Shown: piece by piece, positions 29,065 to 37,932 of the stretch
Layout: each line of letters begins with the position of its first letter
Position numbering within the stretch: the stretch's first letter is position 1
Virus record (IMG/VR): IMGVR_UViG_3300025133_000040
Span: 47,832-111,831 of that record
Strand: one strand, 5' to 3'
From: a virus
DNA: 64,000 nucleotides
Program-made: the position numbers and the translations under genes
Notes under the pieces: model-generated
Told to the model about the DNA's origin: nothing
What the model saw: only the letters and a program-made list of their open reading frames with translations
The model's database searches: none

Positions 29065-29406
29065 TTAATCGAAATCAGCATCGGGGTTTATTTTAAATCT
29101 AAGGATGCTTGCGTTACACCTGTCGTTATCGTAGACAACACCGATTGCTCCCCAGTTCGACTCGTCTATCCCGCATAGCCCGTTCAGTATCCCCACCAAA
29201 CCAACAGCATCGCCCCCGTTTTTATCCATAACTTGACAGGTGGGGTGGTTGCTGAGTGCTTTAGTGCAAGGGATTCTAATGTCCACAAGGGAGCCTATAG
29301 CCCTTCTGTCTGCACGTACAAGGCTATTGAGATAGTCAACCATCCTCATCGCTAGTTCTTTGTCGAGAGACATTGGTTCTTCCTTATGCGTCGTCGGAAA
29401 TATCAA
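29065..29406 (-). CDS. hypothetical protein
   Basis: ORF followed by a hairpin/T-run; start probably MSLDKE. Confidence 0.6.
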   Translation of the reverse strand: MIFPTTHKEEPMSLDKELAMRMVDYLNSLVRADRRAIGSLVDIRIPCTKALSNHPTCQVMDKNGGDAVGLVGILNGLCGIDESNWGAIGVVYDNDRCNASILRFKINPDADFD

Positions 29407-29604
29407 TCACAATCTTAAGAGGTAGCTCGTCAACTTGACCAAGTAAGAAACCACGAATAGTAGCATCGTCCTTGTCTGCTCTTACAAGCTTGACACTCAT
29501 GCCGTCTTGAAGGTCGAGGATAAAGTCTTTGATTAGCCCCTTGACTTCGTCAATTCCTTCATCGGCCTTAGACATTGTGCCGTGAGCGTGCTGCTCTAGT
29601 CCGT

Positions 29605-30279
29605 CTAATCTTCTACGTAATCTTCCCATGTCGTTTCCTTTTGGTTAGCGTCTGAAGACAAGCCTGCGATACGTTCCTCGTAAGGCATGTGACTCCAATG
29701 ATGTATAAAACCCTTCTCGTTCCTGTGTTTCTTATGGACGTTCCACTTGCTGTCCAACCACCCTACTAAATCTGTGTACTTGTTTTTCTCTAGAAGATTA
29801 TAAGGTGAATGAATTTGGTATCCAATCAGCCTAAGGAAGGATGACTGCTCCCACATGGAACCGTATATATATGTGGTCCATATCTTATCTAGCAACTCTA
29901 AGGTTGCGGCTGTGTTTTTAACTACGAGCACACCAGTATTTGGACACGCTTCGTCGCTTTCTAGTAGCTGATTCACCATGTTAATGGGTTTGCCTGTGAC
30001 TTCAGACGCTATATCTTTTGATAGATTAACTATCACGGCGTCACAGTCCAGCCAAAAAACAGTGTCGAACCCTTCTAGTATCGCTTCTTTTATTAGTGGG
30101 ATTTTTGACCAAGCAGGCTTCCTCCCCTTACTACGACCAGAGAAAGACCCGCCCCTAACGGAGCGGAAGTCGTAGCTATGTCTAAGTGCGTATGTTCGAG
30201 CGACTGGCTCTGTTATGTCTAGAAAACTTAAGTGTTGCTCTCCAGACGCACCCATTAGTAGTAGCTTTTTATCATTCAT
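29605..30279 (-). CDS. GT34 (GMA12/MNN10-like) glycosyltransferase
   Basis: WSKIPLI, FWLDCDAV, NTGV, WEQS. Confidence 0.85.
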   Translation of the reverse strand: MNDKKLLLMGASGEQHLSFLDITEPVARTYALRHSYDFRSVRGGSFSGRSKGRKPAWSKIPLIKEAILEGFDTVFWLDCDAVIVNLSKDIASEVTGKPINMVNQLLESDEACPNTGVLVVKNTAATLELLDKIWTTYIYGSMWEQSSFLRLIGYQIHSPYNLLEKNKYTDLVGWLDSKWNVHKKHRNEKGFIHHWSHMPYEERIAGLSSDANQKETTWEDYVED

Positions 30280-30282
30280 AAG

Positions 30283-30371
30283 CAGTTGGGAAGGGAATTG
30301 AACCCTCAGGACGCTAACGCGCCCAACAGATTAGCAATCTGCCGCACCTCACCAATGTGTGCCGCCCAACT
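30283..30371 (-). tRNA. tRNA-Ser(GCU)
   Basis: loop TTGCTAA, long variable arm. Confidence 0.88.
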
Positions 30372-30477
30372 AAAAATCAACGGTGGTTAACCCGTCTAGG
30401 CCCTCTTCGGGTCGGCCATATGAACCTTTGTATACATCACAGCGTTCCACTTGTGAGAGGTTAGTAGTGTTATCGCA

Positions 30478-31161
30478 CTACTTTTCGAGGGTAGGCTTAA
30501 GCCTAAGCCCCAGGTCGTTCAAGTCAAACAAAACTTGGTCAAGACCAAACTCACTTAGTAAGCCCAGGGTCTTGTAGGTGTTACACATGAAAGCCTTAAG
30601 CAACTCCTCTCGGACTCGCTCAACAGATACTTCCGCAACCTTGGGAGCAAGAGCATAGATAGCCCCATAAACACCGTAAGAAAAATCCATGTCCTTGGTA
30701 ACTGCGAAGCGAATGGCTCGCAGGATACGCAAGTAGTCTTCTTCAAACCGTTCCCTAGGGGTGCCAACACACCGGATGATGCCAGCCTTAAGGTCAGACT
30801 GACCGCCGTGCGGGTCGATGTAACGACCGCTCTCATCCTTAGCGATTGCGTTCATGGTAAAGTCACGACGCGCGAGGTCGTCCTCTAGGGTGCCCATCTC
30901 GACACTCTCTGGGCGACGACCATCGTAGTAGTCCCCGTCCTTACGAGAACACACGAAGTCACAAGCACCCATACCAGGAACCTTGGCTCGGATGGTAAGG
31001 TACTCTTCCTTCTCAAGGAAAATCTCACCGCCTCGCCGCTCAATCTCAGCCTTCATAGCTGCGTAGGAAGGACCGACTACGGTGTAGTCAATGTCCTTGG
31101 ATTTCAGCCCAAGGATTTCGTCCCGTACGTAACCGCCGACTTTGTAGAATTCGATGCTCAT
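30478..31161 (-). CDS. minimal class II tRNA nucleotidyltransferase (CCA-adding enzyme)
   Basis: VGGYVRD, DID, DLARRDFTMNA, EDYLRILRAIRF, ERVREEL. Confidence 0.9.
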   Translation of the reverse strand: MSIEFYKVGGYVRDEILGLKSKDIDYTVVGPSYAAMKAEIERRGGEIFLEKEEYLTIRAKVPGMGACDFVCSRKDGDYYDGRRPESVEMGTLEDDLARRDFTMNAIAKDESGRYIDPHGGQSDLKAGIIRCVGTPRERFEEDYLRILRAIRFAVTKDMDFSYGVYGAIYALAPKVAEVSVERVREELLKAFMCNTYKTLGLLSEFGLDQVLFDLNDLGLRLKPTLEK

Positions 31162-31645
31162 TGTATTACTTCCTCAATCAACCTTAGTCGTTGTCCTGAG
31201 AGGTCTTCAACCCCTATTAAATCTTGCAACTCTAAATCAAAAAGCTCTGGATGTTCTTGAGGGTCAAAGGTAATACTTAGCAGTCTACCATCTTTGTCCC
31301 TTACAATGTCCATGCTACCACCATAGTAAGTATGAAATGACCCACTCCGCACCCCAGAAGCCTAGGCCAGCGGCCCAGCCAAGTAAATGAAAGAGACCAA
31401 ACGCCTCCACCGTATGTCGTAAAGGGCCTTTTTTCTTCTCAGGTTCTTTCCACTTTGCCATCTGCCTCGTCCTCACAATGTTCACATGGTTCTATCCAAC
31501 TATCGTCGCAGGAAGCGTGAGGAACACCCTCTCTACACCAGCCACAAACAACCACCTCTTTTGTGTCCCAGCAAAATGGACACTCGTCTCGTCCTTTTAT
31601 TTTTAATCCAATCATACCTACAGTATACAGTGGATTCTGTTAGAG

Positions 31646-32248
31646 TCAACCCCTGTACCAAAAATATCTTCGGCACTTAGCCTTGGACATGATTATGTCC
31701 GCTCCAATGTCCTTCTCGTGCCACCAAGTGAACGTGTAAGACACGGTCTCGGTCCTTGTCGCTGTCCTGTACTCACTAGAAGGAACACTCTTCCATCTGG
31801 AAACCCATCGCTCTAGGTCTACCCTGACTTGCGCTTTCTTCTTTTCGTCCCACACCATGACGTGATATGGCTGTGCATACTCATAGAGAACCCTCTTGCA
31901 CACCTCGTAGGTATACTCATAGGACTCCCTGTGGTCGTCTAGACGGAAAGGAATGTCGTGTTCGTAGCAGTAGTCATATAGCTGCCACATTTTTTCTTGA
32001 TTATCTAGGTCAAAGTCGAGGCTGTGTTTATTGACACGACCATCGTCTCTGTATTGTTTCTTTCGCTTACGCTTCCACTTCCAACTCTTTTGTGGTGTGG
32101 AAGCTGGAATGTCATCGTAAGTGTGGGGAAGCTGACTCCTGTGTCGCTTGCCTCTGACGTATCGCTTGTACTCAACGTCGCTGTTTGCCTTGCGCTCTGA
32201 CGTAGTCTTCGGCCTACGGTAGCCACCACCATGACGGTGTCGTCTCAT
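31646..32248 (-). CDS. hypothetical basic protein
   Basis: AAGGAG RBS. Confidence 0.7.
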   Translation of the reverse strand: MRRHRHGGGYRRPKTTSERKANSDVEYKRYVRGKRHRSQLPHTYDDIPASTPQKSWKWKRKRKKQYRDDGRVNKHSLDFDLDNQEKMWQLYDYCYEHDIPFRLDDHRESYEYTYEVCKRVLYEYAQPYHVMVWDEKKKAQVRVDLERWVSRWKSVPSSEYRTATRTETVSYTFTWWHEKDIGADIIMSKAKCRRYFWYRG

Positions 32249-32507
32249 AACGGACTCCTTGATTAAAGATTAATAGTGTTACCTAAAAATCATCGGAAGC
32301 CCCTTTGTTAAGTCTTGTCATTGTCTCTTTGCTTTAGTTTTTTCCAGTATCTTTTGTTTTTAATTCTTCTTAGAGCTTTAGCGTGCTCTTTTTGAGACTC
32401 CATCACATCCTCAACACTTTTGTTTTTTAGTATGCTAGGAAGCTTCTTCTTTTCCATGGTTGTTCCTCGAAAATTTTTTTTAAGAGCAAAGCTCCAAAGG
32501 GCTACTT

Positions 32508-32837
32508 TTAGTATTCTGTCTTGCCGCCGTCAACCTGTCCGTCAGAATAACTTTCACCATTGATTATAACCGTGGTGCCAACGTCTTTAATCTGAACAGC
32601 CTTAATCGCAGGCTTCTTCTCAGGAGCAACAGGCTTAGGCTCTGGCTTTGGCTCTGGCTTCACTACATCCACTTGAACCTCAGGAACCACAACTGGCACC
32701 TCGATAGGAGTAATGCTAAGGTTGTACCCAAGCATAGCTGATAGTGCAACTGCTGTGAACCAAGCCGTCTTTGCTTTCTCCCATTGGTCAAAAGCCCAAA
32801 CCTTAATAGTTTCAACCCAATCTTTTTTCTTAGTCAT
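32508..32837 (-). CDS. membrane protein with PEPK repeats
   Basis: TM helix plus KPEPKPEPKP. Confidence 0.65.
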   Translation of the reverse strand: MTKKKDWVETIKVWAFDQWEKAKTAWFTAVALSAMLGYNLSITPIEVPVVVPEVQVDVVKPEPKPEPKPVAPEKKPAIKAVQIKDVGTTVIINGESYSDGQVDGGKTEY

Positions 32838-33074
32838 TTCAGTGAATCTCCAGTATTCTTTCTGTGACCACGAATCATCTTATTGATGTCGGGAACCTCG
32901 TCAATCTCGTTACTACCAACTCCTACAATCTCCCAGCCGCCTACCCAGGAACCATCGTCTTGTTTTATCTTGACGATTCGCCCCATCGAAGCAAAGCCAG
33001 AAGGAATCCACGCTACTTGTTTCATTATACCCGAACCCTCTGGTCGAGTCAAGGTGCATTGTTTGTATTTTTTC

Positions 33075-33599
33075 TTAGCCATAAGTCAACTCAAAAAACT
33101 CTCTCTTTAGGAAGTATGTTTGCTTGTTAGGGAGAAGGACTTTGTCTCGTCTCCATGAGTCTTTTAGTATTGGTATCGCGCTTCTGTGGCATACCCAGAG
33201 GTGTGTGCTTGGTTTATTATCATAGATAGGGACCAGCATAGTCTTACTTCTGTTTAACCGTGTGAAGACGTTGAAGTCTATGTCTGTGAAGCTTACTAGG
33301 GGGCTCACCCAGCACACCAAAGGGTAGTGATGGAGGGCTTTTATAACGGTGGCAACGCGACTCCAATAGGGGTTGCGATGGGTCATTACTAGCTCAGAGT
33401 GCCAGTGGAGAGAGTGTCTCTCAGCGTACTCAATTATGCCCGGCAGATTCTTCTTGCCGACCTTCCTCTGTCGCCCTACCGCACCTGTTAAGATGAGCTT
33501 GTTCGTCATTCTTTTGTTGGCTCTATCATAGAAATTATCATAAGTAGCTAGTGAAGGAGTCGAACCTTCCAACCAAGTTTCGTAAACTCGGTGCCCCAT
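33075..33599 (-). CDS. degenerate GT34-like protein
   Basis: YAERHSL...NPYWSRV...VCWVSP; DxD missing. Confidence 0.45.
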   Translation of the reverse strand: MGHRVYETWLEGSTPSLATYDNFYDRANKRMTNKLILTGAVGRQRKVGKKNLPGIIEYAERHSLHWHSELVMTHRNPYWSRVATVIKALHHYPLVCWVSPLVSFTDIDFNVFTRLNRSKTMLVPIYDNKPSTHLWVCHRSAIPILKDSWRRDKVLLPNKQTYFLKREFFELTYG

Positions 33600-33613
33600 C
33601 CCGAGGACCAGCC
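33545..33613 (-). tRNA. tRNA-Arg(ACG), short D-arm
   Basis: loop TTACGAA. Confidence 0.78.
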
Positions 33614-33664
33614 ATAGAGAGGGCTATGCCGCCCCCTCGTTGTACCGATTTTCAAGTCGATACG

Positions 33665-33889
33665 CTATCTTCTTCGCCACCTGCCAAACAACCTGTTGTT
33701 AGGCTTCTTGGCCACAGGCTTAGGAGTTGGCTTTTTCACTTCTGGCTTCACTACGACCTCTTCCACTACAGGTGGGGCGAACTCATAGCTGACATTAACT
33801 ACTGGGTTCATGTCGTACGAAACCGGAGACATGTCATATGCTAGTCCGACCGCAACTAGTACGGCGACAACATTAATTATCTTATACAC
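33665..33889 (-). CDS. small secreted/membrane protein
   Basis: signal-like N-terminus, basic C-terminus. Confidence 0.6.
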   Translation of the reverse strand: MYKIINVVAVLVAVGLAYDMSPVSYDMNPVVNVSYEFAPPVVEEVVVKPEVKKPTPKPVAKKPNNRLFGRWRRR

Positions 33890-33890
33890 T

Positions 33891-34868
33891 TTACGCCTCG
33901 CTTAGCTCAAGGACACGGTTAGCCGTGTCATACACTAGCTCCCTGTTGTATCCTCTCACAGAAGCAACAACATAACCGCCCCCACCATTAATCATAGACT
34001 GAGAAATCTTAGGGCGAACAAAGAACGAGCCATCAGGTTGCTCGTGCCTCTTAGGTCCACCGTTCCATTCTCCCCAGCTATTCTGAATTAAAAATAGAGG
34101 TCCACCGTATTTTTGGTGAGCGTAATCCGTATCGTCTACACCAATCCAAGCCATAGCGTGATTCCACCCGCCCCCTCGCTCGCACAAGCCGTCCTCATTA
34201 CGAGTTGACCTAAATCCGTAGCCAGAACACATAGGAATACCAAAACCCATAGCTAAGGCATCAATAGCCTCGTCCATAGACTTGACATTAAACACACGCA
34301 TTGCCTTGTTCGTTGCCGCAATCTTATTAAGCCAAGCTGGGGTGCTTGAGCCTCCCCAGTTATGACCGATACGACTGTTGTAACGACTCAAGTCAACAGA
34401 ATTTCTTCCGTCTTCATACTTGTCACGGACCAGGAATCCACCTGGACCTTTTTGTGAGACGTACATAGCCAAACGCGAACAGTTCGCACCTTGACCACGA
34501 TGCCCACGGTAACCGTAAATGTTTTCCGTAGCAAATCGCCCCTTGTACGTGGTCTCACCAAACATAGCGTCGATACAATAGTCCATCATACCGCCGTTAC
34601 GAGTAGCGTGACTCACGCAGTCACCCGTCGTCTGACTCTCATAACCGCCGAAGTCGGGGTCTAGAGTCAACGCTGCCTTATATGGCAATGACAATCGCCC
34701 CTTACCACGACCCTTGGCACCTGGAAAGGCGTCATAGAATCGTGGGGTAACCGTTCTCATAGCAGCATAAGACGCTGTATCATGTATAACCCCTTTGAAA
34801 CCACCATCATAAATGTCTAGTAGTTGCTTTGGCGTAGGGGCGAAGTCATAATCTATGAAATTTGGCAT
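33891..34868 (-). CDS. papain-like (C1) cysteine peptidase
   Basis: QTTGDCVSH (Cys), WNHAM (His), QNSWG (Asn). Confidence 0.85.
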   Translation of the reverse strand: MPNFIDYDFAPTPKQLLDIYDGGFKGVIHDTASYAAMRTVTPRFYDAFPGAKGRGKGRLSLPYKAALTLDPDFGGYESQTTGDCVSHATRNGGMMDYCIDAMFGETTYKGRFATENIYGYRGHRGQGANCSRLAMYVSQKGPGGFLVRDKYEDGRNSVDLSRYNSRIGHNWGGSSTPAWLNKIAATNKAMRVFNVKSMDEAIDALAMGFGIPMCSGYGFRSTRNEDGLCERGGGWNHAMAWIGVDDTDYAHQKYGGPLFLIQNSWGEWNGGPKRHEQPDGSFFVRPKISQSMINGGGGYVVASVRGYNRELVYDTANRVLELSEA

Positions 34869-34871
34869 GGG

Positions 34872-35231
34872 TTACGCTGTTGCTCCAAAATCATAATCAA
34901 CTGCGGGAGTCATAGCGGCCACGCCTTCATCATAAAGGGCAGACAACTCTTCTTCGCTCTTAGTTGCGGCCTTGTCAATCATGGCCTGAGCAGCGCGCTT
35001 TACGTTTCTACGACCGCGAACACCCATCGTCTTACGAACGTGAATCCGCAAACCAACCTGCTGTAGGCGAGAGGGGTTACCTGCTGCCTGCACAAAGTTA
35101 TTTCGATTCTCTTGGCAACCCTGGATAAGTTCCATAATCACCTCGATGATAGCCATAATACCAGTAATACTACCGTAGCCACCTTCGTTACAATCTTCAC
35201 AAACTTCTTCTGCAAATGCTTCAATACTCAT
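34872..35231 (-). CDS. hypothetical protein
   Basis: start MSIEAF after GGAG. Confidence 0.65.
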   Translation of the reverse strand: MSIEAFAEEVCEDCNEGGYGSITGIMAIIEVIMELIQGCQENRNNFVQAAGNPSRLQQVGLRIHVRKTMGVRGRRNVKRAAQAMIDKAATKSEEELSALYDEGVAAMTPAVDYDFGATA

Positions 35232-35232
35232 T

Positions 35233-35979
35233 TTACTTCTCCAAAACTTCGACAACTTGTTTAAAGGCTGCAACGTGACCGTCGAGGTCAGACGCTTTCA
35301 AGCCCTGTTCTTTAAAAGCCTTACCTAGTCCAGGCCAGAATCCTGCCCACGATTTAAGTGCGGCACTAGGAAGGGCAGTAGCAACTCGCACCTTCGCTTC
35401 ATTTACCATTGTTGCTGCGTCCCATGCTTCTGGGTTCGCTTCAACTTCTTGGCAGATATTAGCATAAACATCTGCAACCTTACCCTTAAACGTCAGCCCA
35501 GCCTCGTCAACCTTAGTTAAAGCAGCGGTAATCTTTTGCTTAAAGGCGTTGCTTGGGTTTGGGTTGGGGTTGGGGTTTGGATTGGGGTTTGGATTAGGAT
35601 TGGGGTTGGGAGACGGACCAGAACCTAAAACCTCAATAGTAGCAAAGTGCTCATTATATTGAATGTTTTTCTTAAGGTCTGGAACACTGGTGCCATCGGG
35701 CTTCCAGTCTGGGTCAACCTTAACGTCAACCGAGATTGTAGTAAGCCTAATCTCGTACTTACCGGGAGGAGCCCAAACGTGAAGGCCCCTGCCGCTATCT
35801 ACCACAATCTTTACTGCCGGACTAGGCACATTCCAAATATAAACATCAGCCTCAGCTTGTGCCTCGACAATGATAGGCTTATGCGCATCAACCTTGTCTG
35901 GGGCACTAATTTGCGCACTCACCGGCACTGAAACCAGCATCATAATAGAAGCCAATAGTCCGATAGTCCACTTTTTCAT
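35233..35979 (-). CDS. secreted protein with (PN)n linker
   Basis: signal peptide, PKD-like domain, PSPNPNPN linker. Confidence 0.75.
   Translation of the reverse strand: MKKWTIGLLASIMMLVSVPVSAQISAPDKVDAHKPIIVEAQAEADVYIWNVPSPAVKIVVDSGRGLHVWAPPGKYEIRLTTISVDVKVDPDWKPDGTSVPDLKKNIQYNEHFATIEVLGSGPSPNPNPNPNPNPNPNPNPNPSNAFKQKITAALTKVDEAGLTFKGKVADVYANICQEVEANPEAWDAATMVNEAKVRVATALPSAALKSWAGFWPGLGKAFKEQGLKASDLDGHVAAFKQVVEVLEK
35554..35612. repeat. 6-bp imperfect tandem repeat encoding (Pro-Asn)~10
   Basis: GGGTTT/GGGTTG/GGATTG units. Confidence 0.9.
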
Positions 35980-36072
35980 AGTTATCTCCTAGTTACGTAG
36001 CGGCACAACAATCCGTCCTAGCTCGCTACCATTTTCACAAACCCGCTGCTCCTAACAGCGGACATTAATTAA

Positions 36073-36145
36073 GAGAGGAAGGACGGAATCGAACCGTTTG
36101 ACATTGGAGTTGCAATCCAACGCCCCGCCACGAGGCATTAGTCTC
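36073..36145 (-). pseudogene. tRNA-Cys(GCA) with broken acceptor stem
   Basis: good D, anticodon (TTGCAAC) and T arms; 5' acceptor strand is the end of the upstream CDS. Confidence 0.65.
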
Positions 36146-36710
36146 CGACCTCTGATACTACCTTATCATACCCCTTAAACTTAGTTTGCAGGCCCCTTTT
36201 GGCTGCCACAACATTTTCAAGGTCGAAAAGCGTGAGTTTTCCCTTATATACACCCATATTCTGTTTTATGCAGTCTGGGAAACACATTTTCGTTTCTTTC
36301 GTCCTCTCGCAGAGAAGACCAATCATCTGAGCCCACTGGTGTTCGTTGTTTAGTCTTTTGGCCTTGTGCATTACGTAGCCACGAACATCTGCGTCATCAT
36401 CAAGTATAACGCCAACAAGGGCAGAGGTCAAGGTGGAATCGTAAAATTCTGAAAGGACTCCGTCTAGGATGTTGCTTGCCCATAAAAAATCTTTAGCCCA
36501 TAATTTATATATTGTATCACCTCTAGCAAAAAGCTCTCTACGGTATATAATGTTGCGAGTCTTATATCCAGTTCCCCATGGTTCCGGCCCCTTCTTAGTA
36601 ACTAGTCTCGCTGTTTCTTCGTAGCGGAACGTCTCGTAGCCGTGAGCGGCCAACATCATCACAATTGGAATGAACTTGTCGTCATTTGTGGTGAGGCTTG
36701 GTCTTCGCAT
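36138..36710 (-). CDS. protein-kinase-like (APH-type fold) protein
   Basis: IYKLW, GYVM, DCIKQN (DxxxxN), LFDLE. Confidence 0.55.
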   Translation of the reverse strand: MRRPSLTTNDDKFIPIVMMLAAHGYETFRYEETARLVTKKGPEPWGTGYKTRNIIYRRELFARGDTIYKLWAKDFLWASNILDGVLSEFYDSTLTSALVGVILDDDADVRGYVMHKAKRLNNEHQWAQMIGLLCERTKETKMCFPDCIKQNMGVYKGKLTLFDLENVVAAKRGLQTKFKGYDKVVSEVGD

Positions 36711-36964
36711 CTAGAAACGCCTTATATTTAGCCCGGTAGACTTGAAACGCATCGTCTTTTGATGTATGTTTAGAACATCTTAATGTAAGACGGCTGATTG
36801 CTGGTTGGCAGCAGCAAGTTCCATCCCCTAAAGTGTGTTGGCAAACGGGCTTGAATTCTTCTATTAGTTGTTTTATTGTCTTGCCTGTGTCTGTCATCTC
36901 ATTTTGTAAAAAAAATTTTTTGACGATTTGGTTTAAACGGCTACTTTTAGAGCTTCGCTCTTAA

Positions 36965-37228
36965 ATAAAAAGGCGAATCGTCTGACATTCGTCTAGGCTT
37001 TTCAGCCTTCCCCACCATTACGTGAATGTGGCAATTACTCACCACCCAAAGATGCACTAACCCGACTATCACTAGGTCGCTCACGCCCTAAGTCTGTTTA
37101 GCTTGCACGCATTGTGGTACAAGCGGCCTAAGCCTCCCACAAGGAGCGATTGTGCCCTGAACTTGTCCTCTAGGTGCTACGCACCCAGCGTCAGACTATA
37201 TAGCCAGGGTTCTGTAAATTCGTCTCAT
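36965..37228 (-). ncRNA. candidate independently transcribed structured RNA (~265 nt)
   Basis: own promoter, many hairpins, terminal hairpin plus T run, no ORF. Confidence 0.65.
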
Positions 37229-37234
37229 GTCTAA

Positions 37235-37262
37235 AGTATACACTAGAACGGGCTGGAGTCAA
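37235..37262 (-). promoter_or_regulatory. promoter TTGACT-N16-TATACT
   Basis: repeated motif. Confidence 0.8.
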
Positions 37263-37272
37263 CCTTATTCCA

Positions 37273-37298
37273 TAAAAAAAGCCACCTTTCGGTGACTT
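37273..37298 (-). terminator. terminator of the main tRNA array
   Basis: AAGTCACC GAAA GGTGGCTT followed by a T run. Confidence 0.8.
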
Positions 37299-37301
37299 AA
37301 G

Positions 37302-37374
37302 AGCAGTTAGAGGGAGTCGAACCCGTCGTCTAAGCATCGGCAATGCCTTGTAATGACCGTTATACGATAACTGC
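37302..37374 (-). tRNA. tRNA-Gly(GCC)
   Basis: loop TTGCCGA. Confidence 0.85.
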
Positions 37375-37378
37375 TTAG

Positions 37379-37449
37379 TAGGCCATAATGGAATCGAACC
37401 ATCGTCATCTGCACGTCAAGCAGATATTCTACCATTGAAATAATGGCCC
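37379..37449 (-). tRNA. tRNA-Val(GAC)
   Basis: loop TTGACGT. Confidence 0.88.
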
Positions 37450-37453
37450 AAAG

Positions 37454-37525
37454 TGCGACTGCTCGGTACTGCCCCGAGTTCTCTGAGTTGGAAGCCCAGC
37501 GTTCTACTATTTCTACTACAATCGC
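37454..37525 (-). tRNA. tRNA-Gly(UCC)
   Basis: loop CTTCCAA; atypical T-loop GGCAGTA. Confidence 0.8.
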
Positions 37526-37537
37526 GTGGTTAATCTT

Positions 37538-37684
37538 TTATCTAGCTCTATATGTCGTAGTTTCACCACAAGACCGACACCTGAAAAACGTCCTAAACTC
37601 AGACGACGGCGAAATGTCAACCATGTTAAAAGAATTACAGTCCTTGCAGACCGGAATAAACTTTCTTAGCAGTTTATAAAACAT
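37538..37684 (-). CDS. 48-aa zinc-ribbon protein (missing from the ORF track)
   Basis: AAGGAAAG RBS; MFYKLLRKFIPVCKDC...CRSCGETTTYRAR. Confidence 0.65.
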   Translation of the reverse strand: MFYKLLRKFIPVCKDCNSFNMVDISPSSEFRTFFRCRSCGETTTYRAR

Positions 37685-37702
37685 ATCTTTCCTTTCCTTA
37701 AG

Positions 37703-37774
37703 TGGGTCGCCGGGGAGTCGAACCCCGTCCTATTTCGTTAAGAGCGAAAAATGCAACCATTACACCTGCAACCC
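37703..37774 (-). tRNA. tRNA-Lys(CUU)
   Basis: loop CTCTTAA. Confidence 0.88.
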
Positions 37775-37778
37775 AAAG

Positions 37779-37849
37779 AGCCTCTGACTGGAATCGAACC
37801 AGTGTTTTCTCGATACCAACGAGATGCACTACCATTGTACTACAGAGGC
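37779..37849 (-). tRNA. tRNA-Thr(GGU)
   Basis: loop TTGGTAT. Confidence 0.9.
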
Positions 37850-37854
37850 TTAAG

Positions 37855-37926
37855 TACCCCGCCTCGGAATCGAACCGAGTCCTAACTGGTTAAAAGCCAG
37901 CAATGCTACCATGACACTCACAGGGC
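37855..37926 (-). tRNA. tRNA-Lys(UUU)
   Basis: loop CTTTTAA. Confidence 0.88.
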
Positions 37927-37932
37927 AAAATA

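Noticed and set aside
19280-37680. Shared TTAGCAGTTTAT 12-mer near 19281 and 37666
   Set aside because: The second copy is inside a small CDS; probably coincidence
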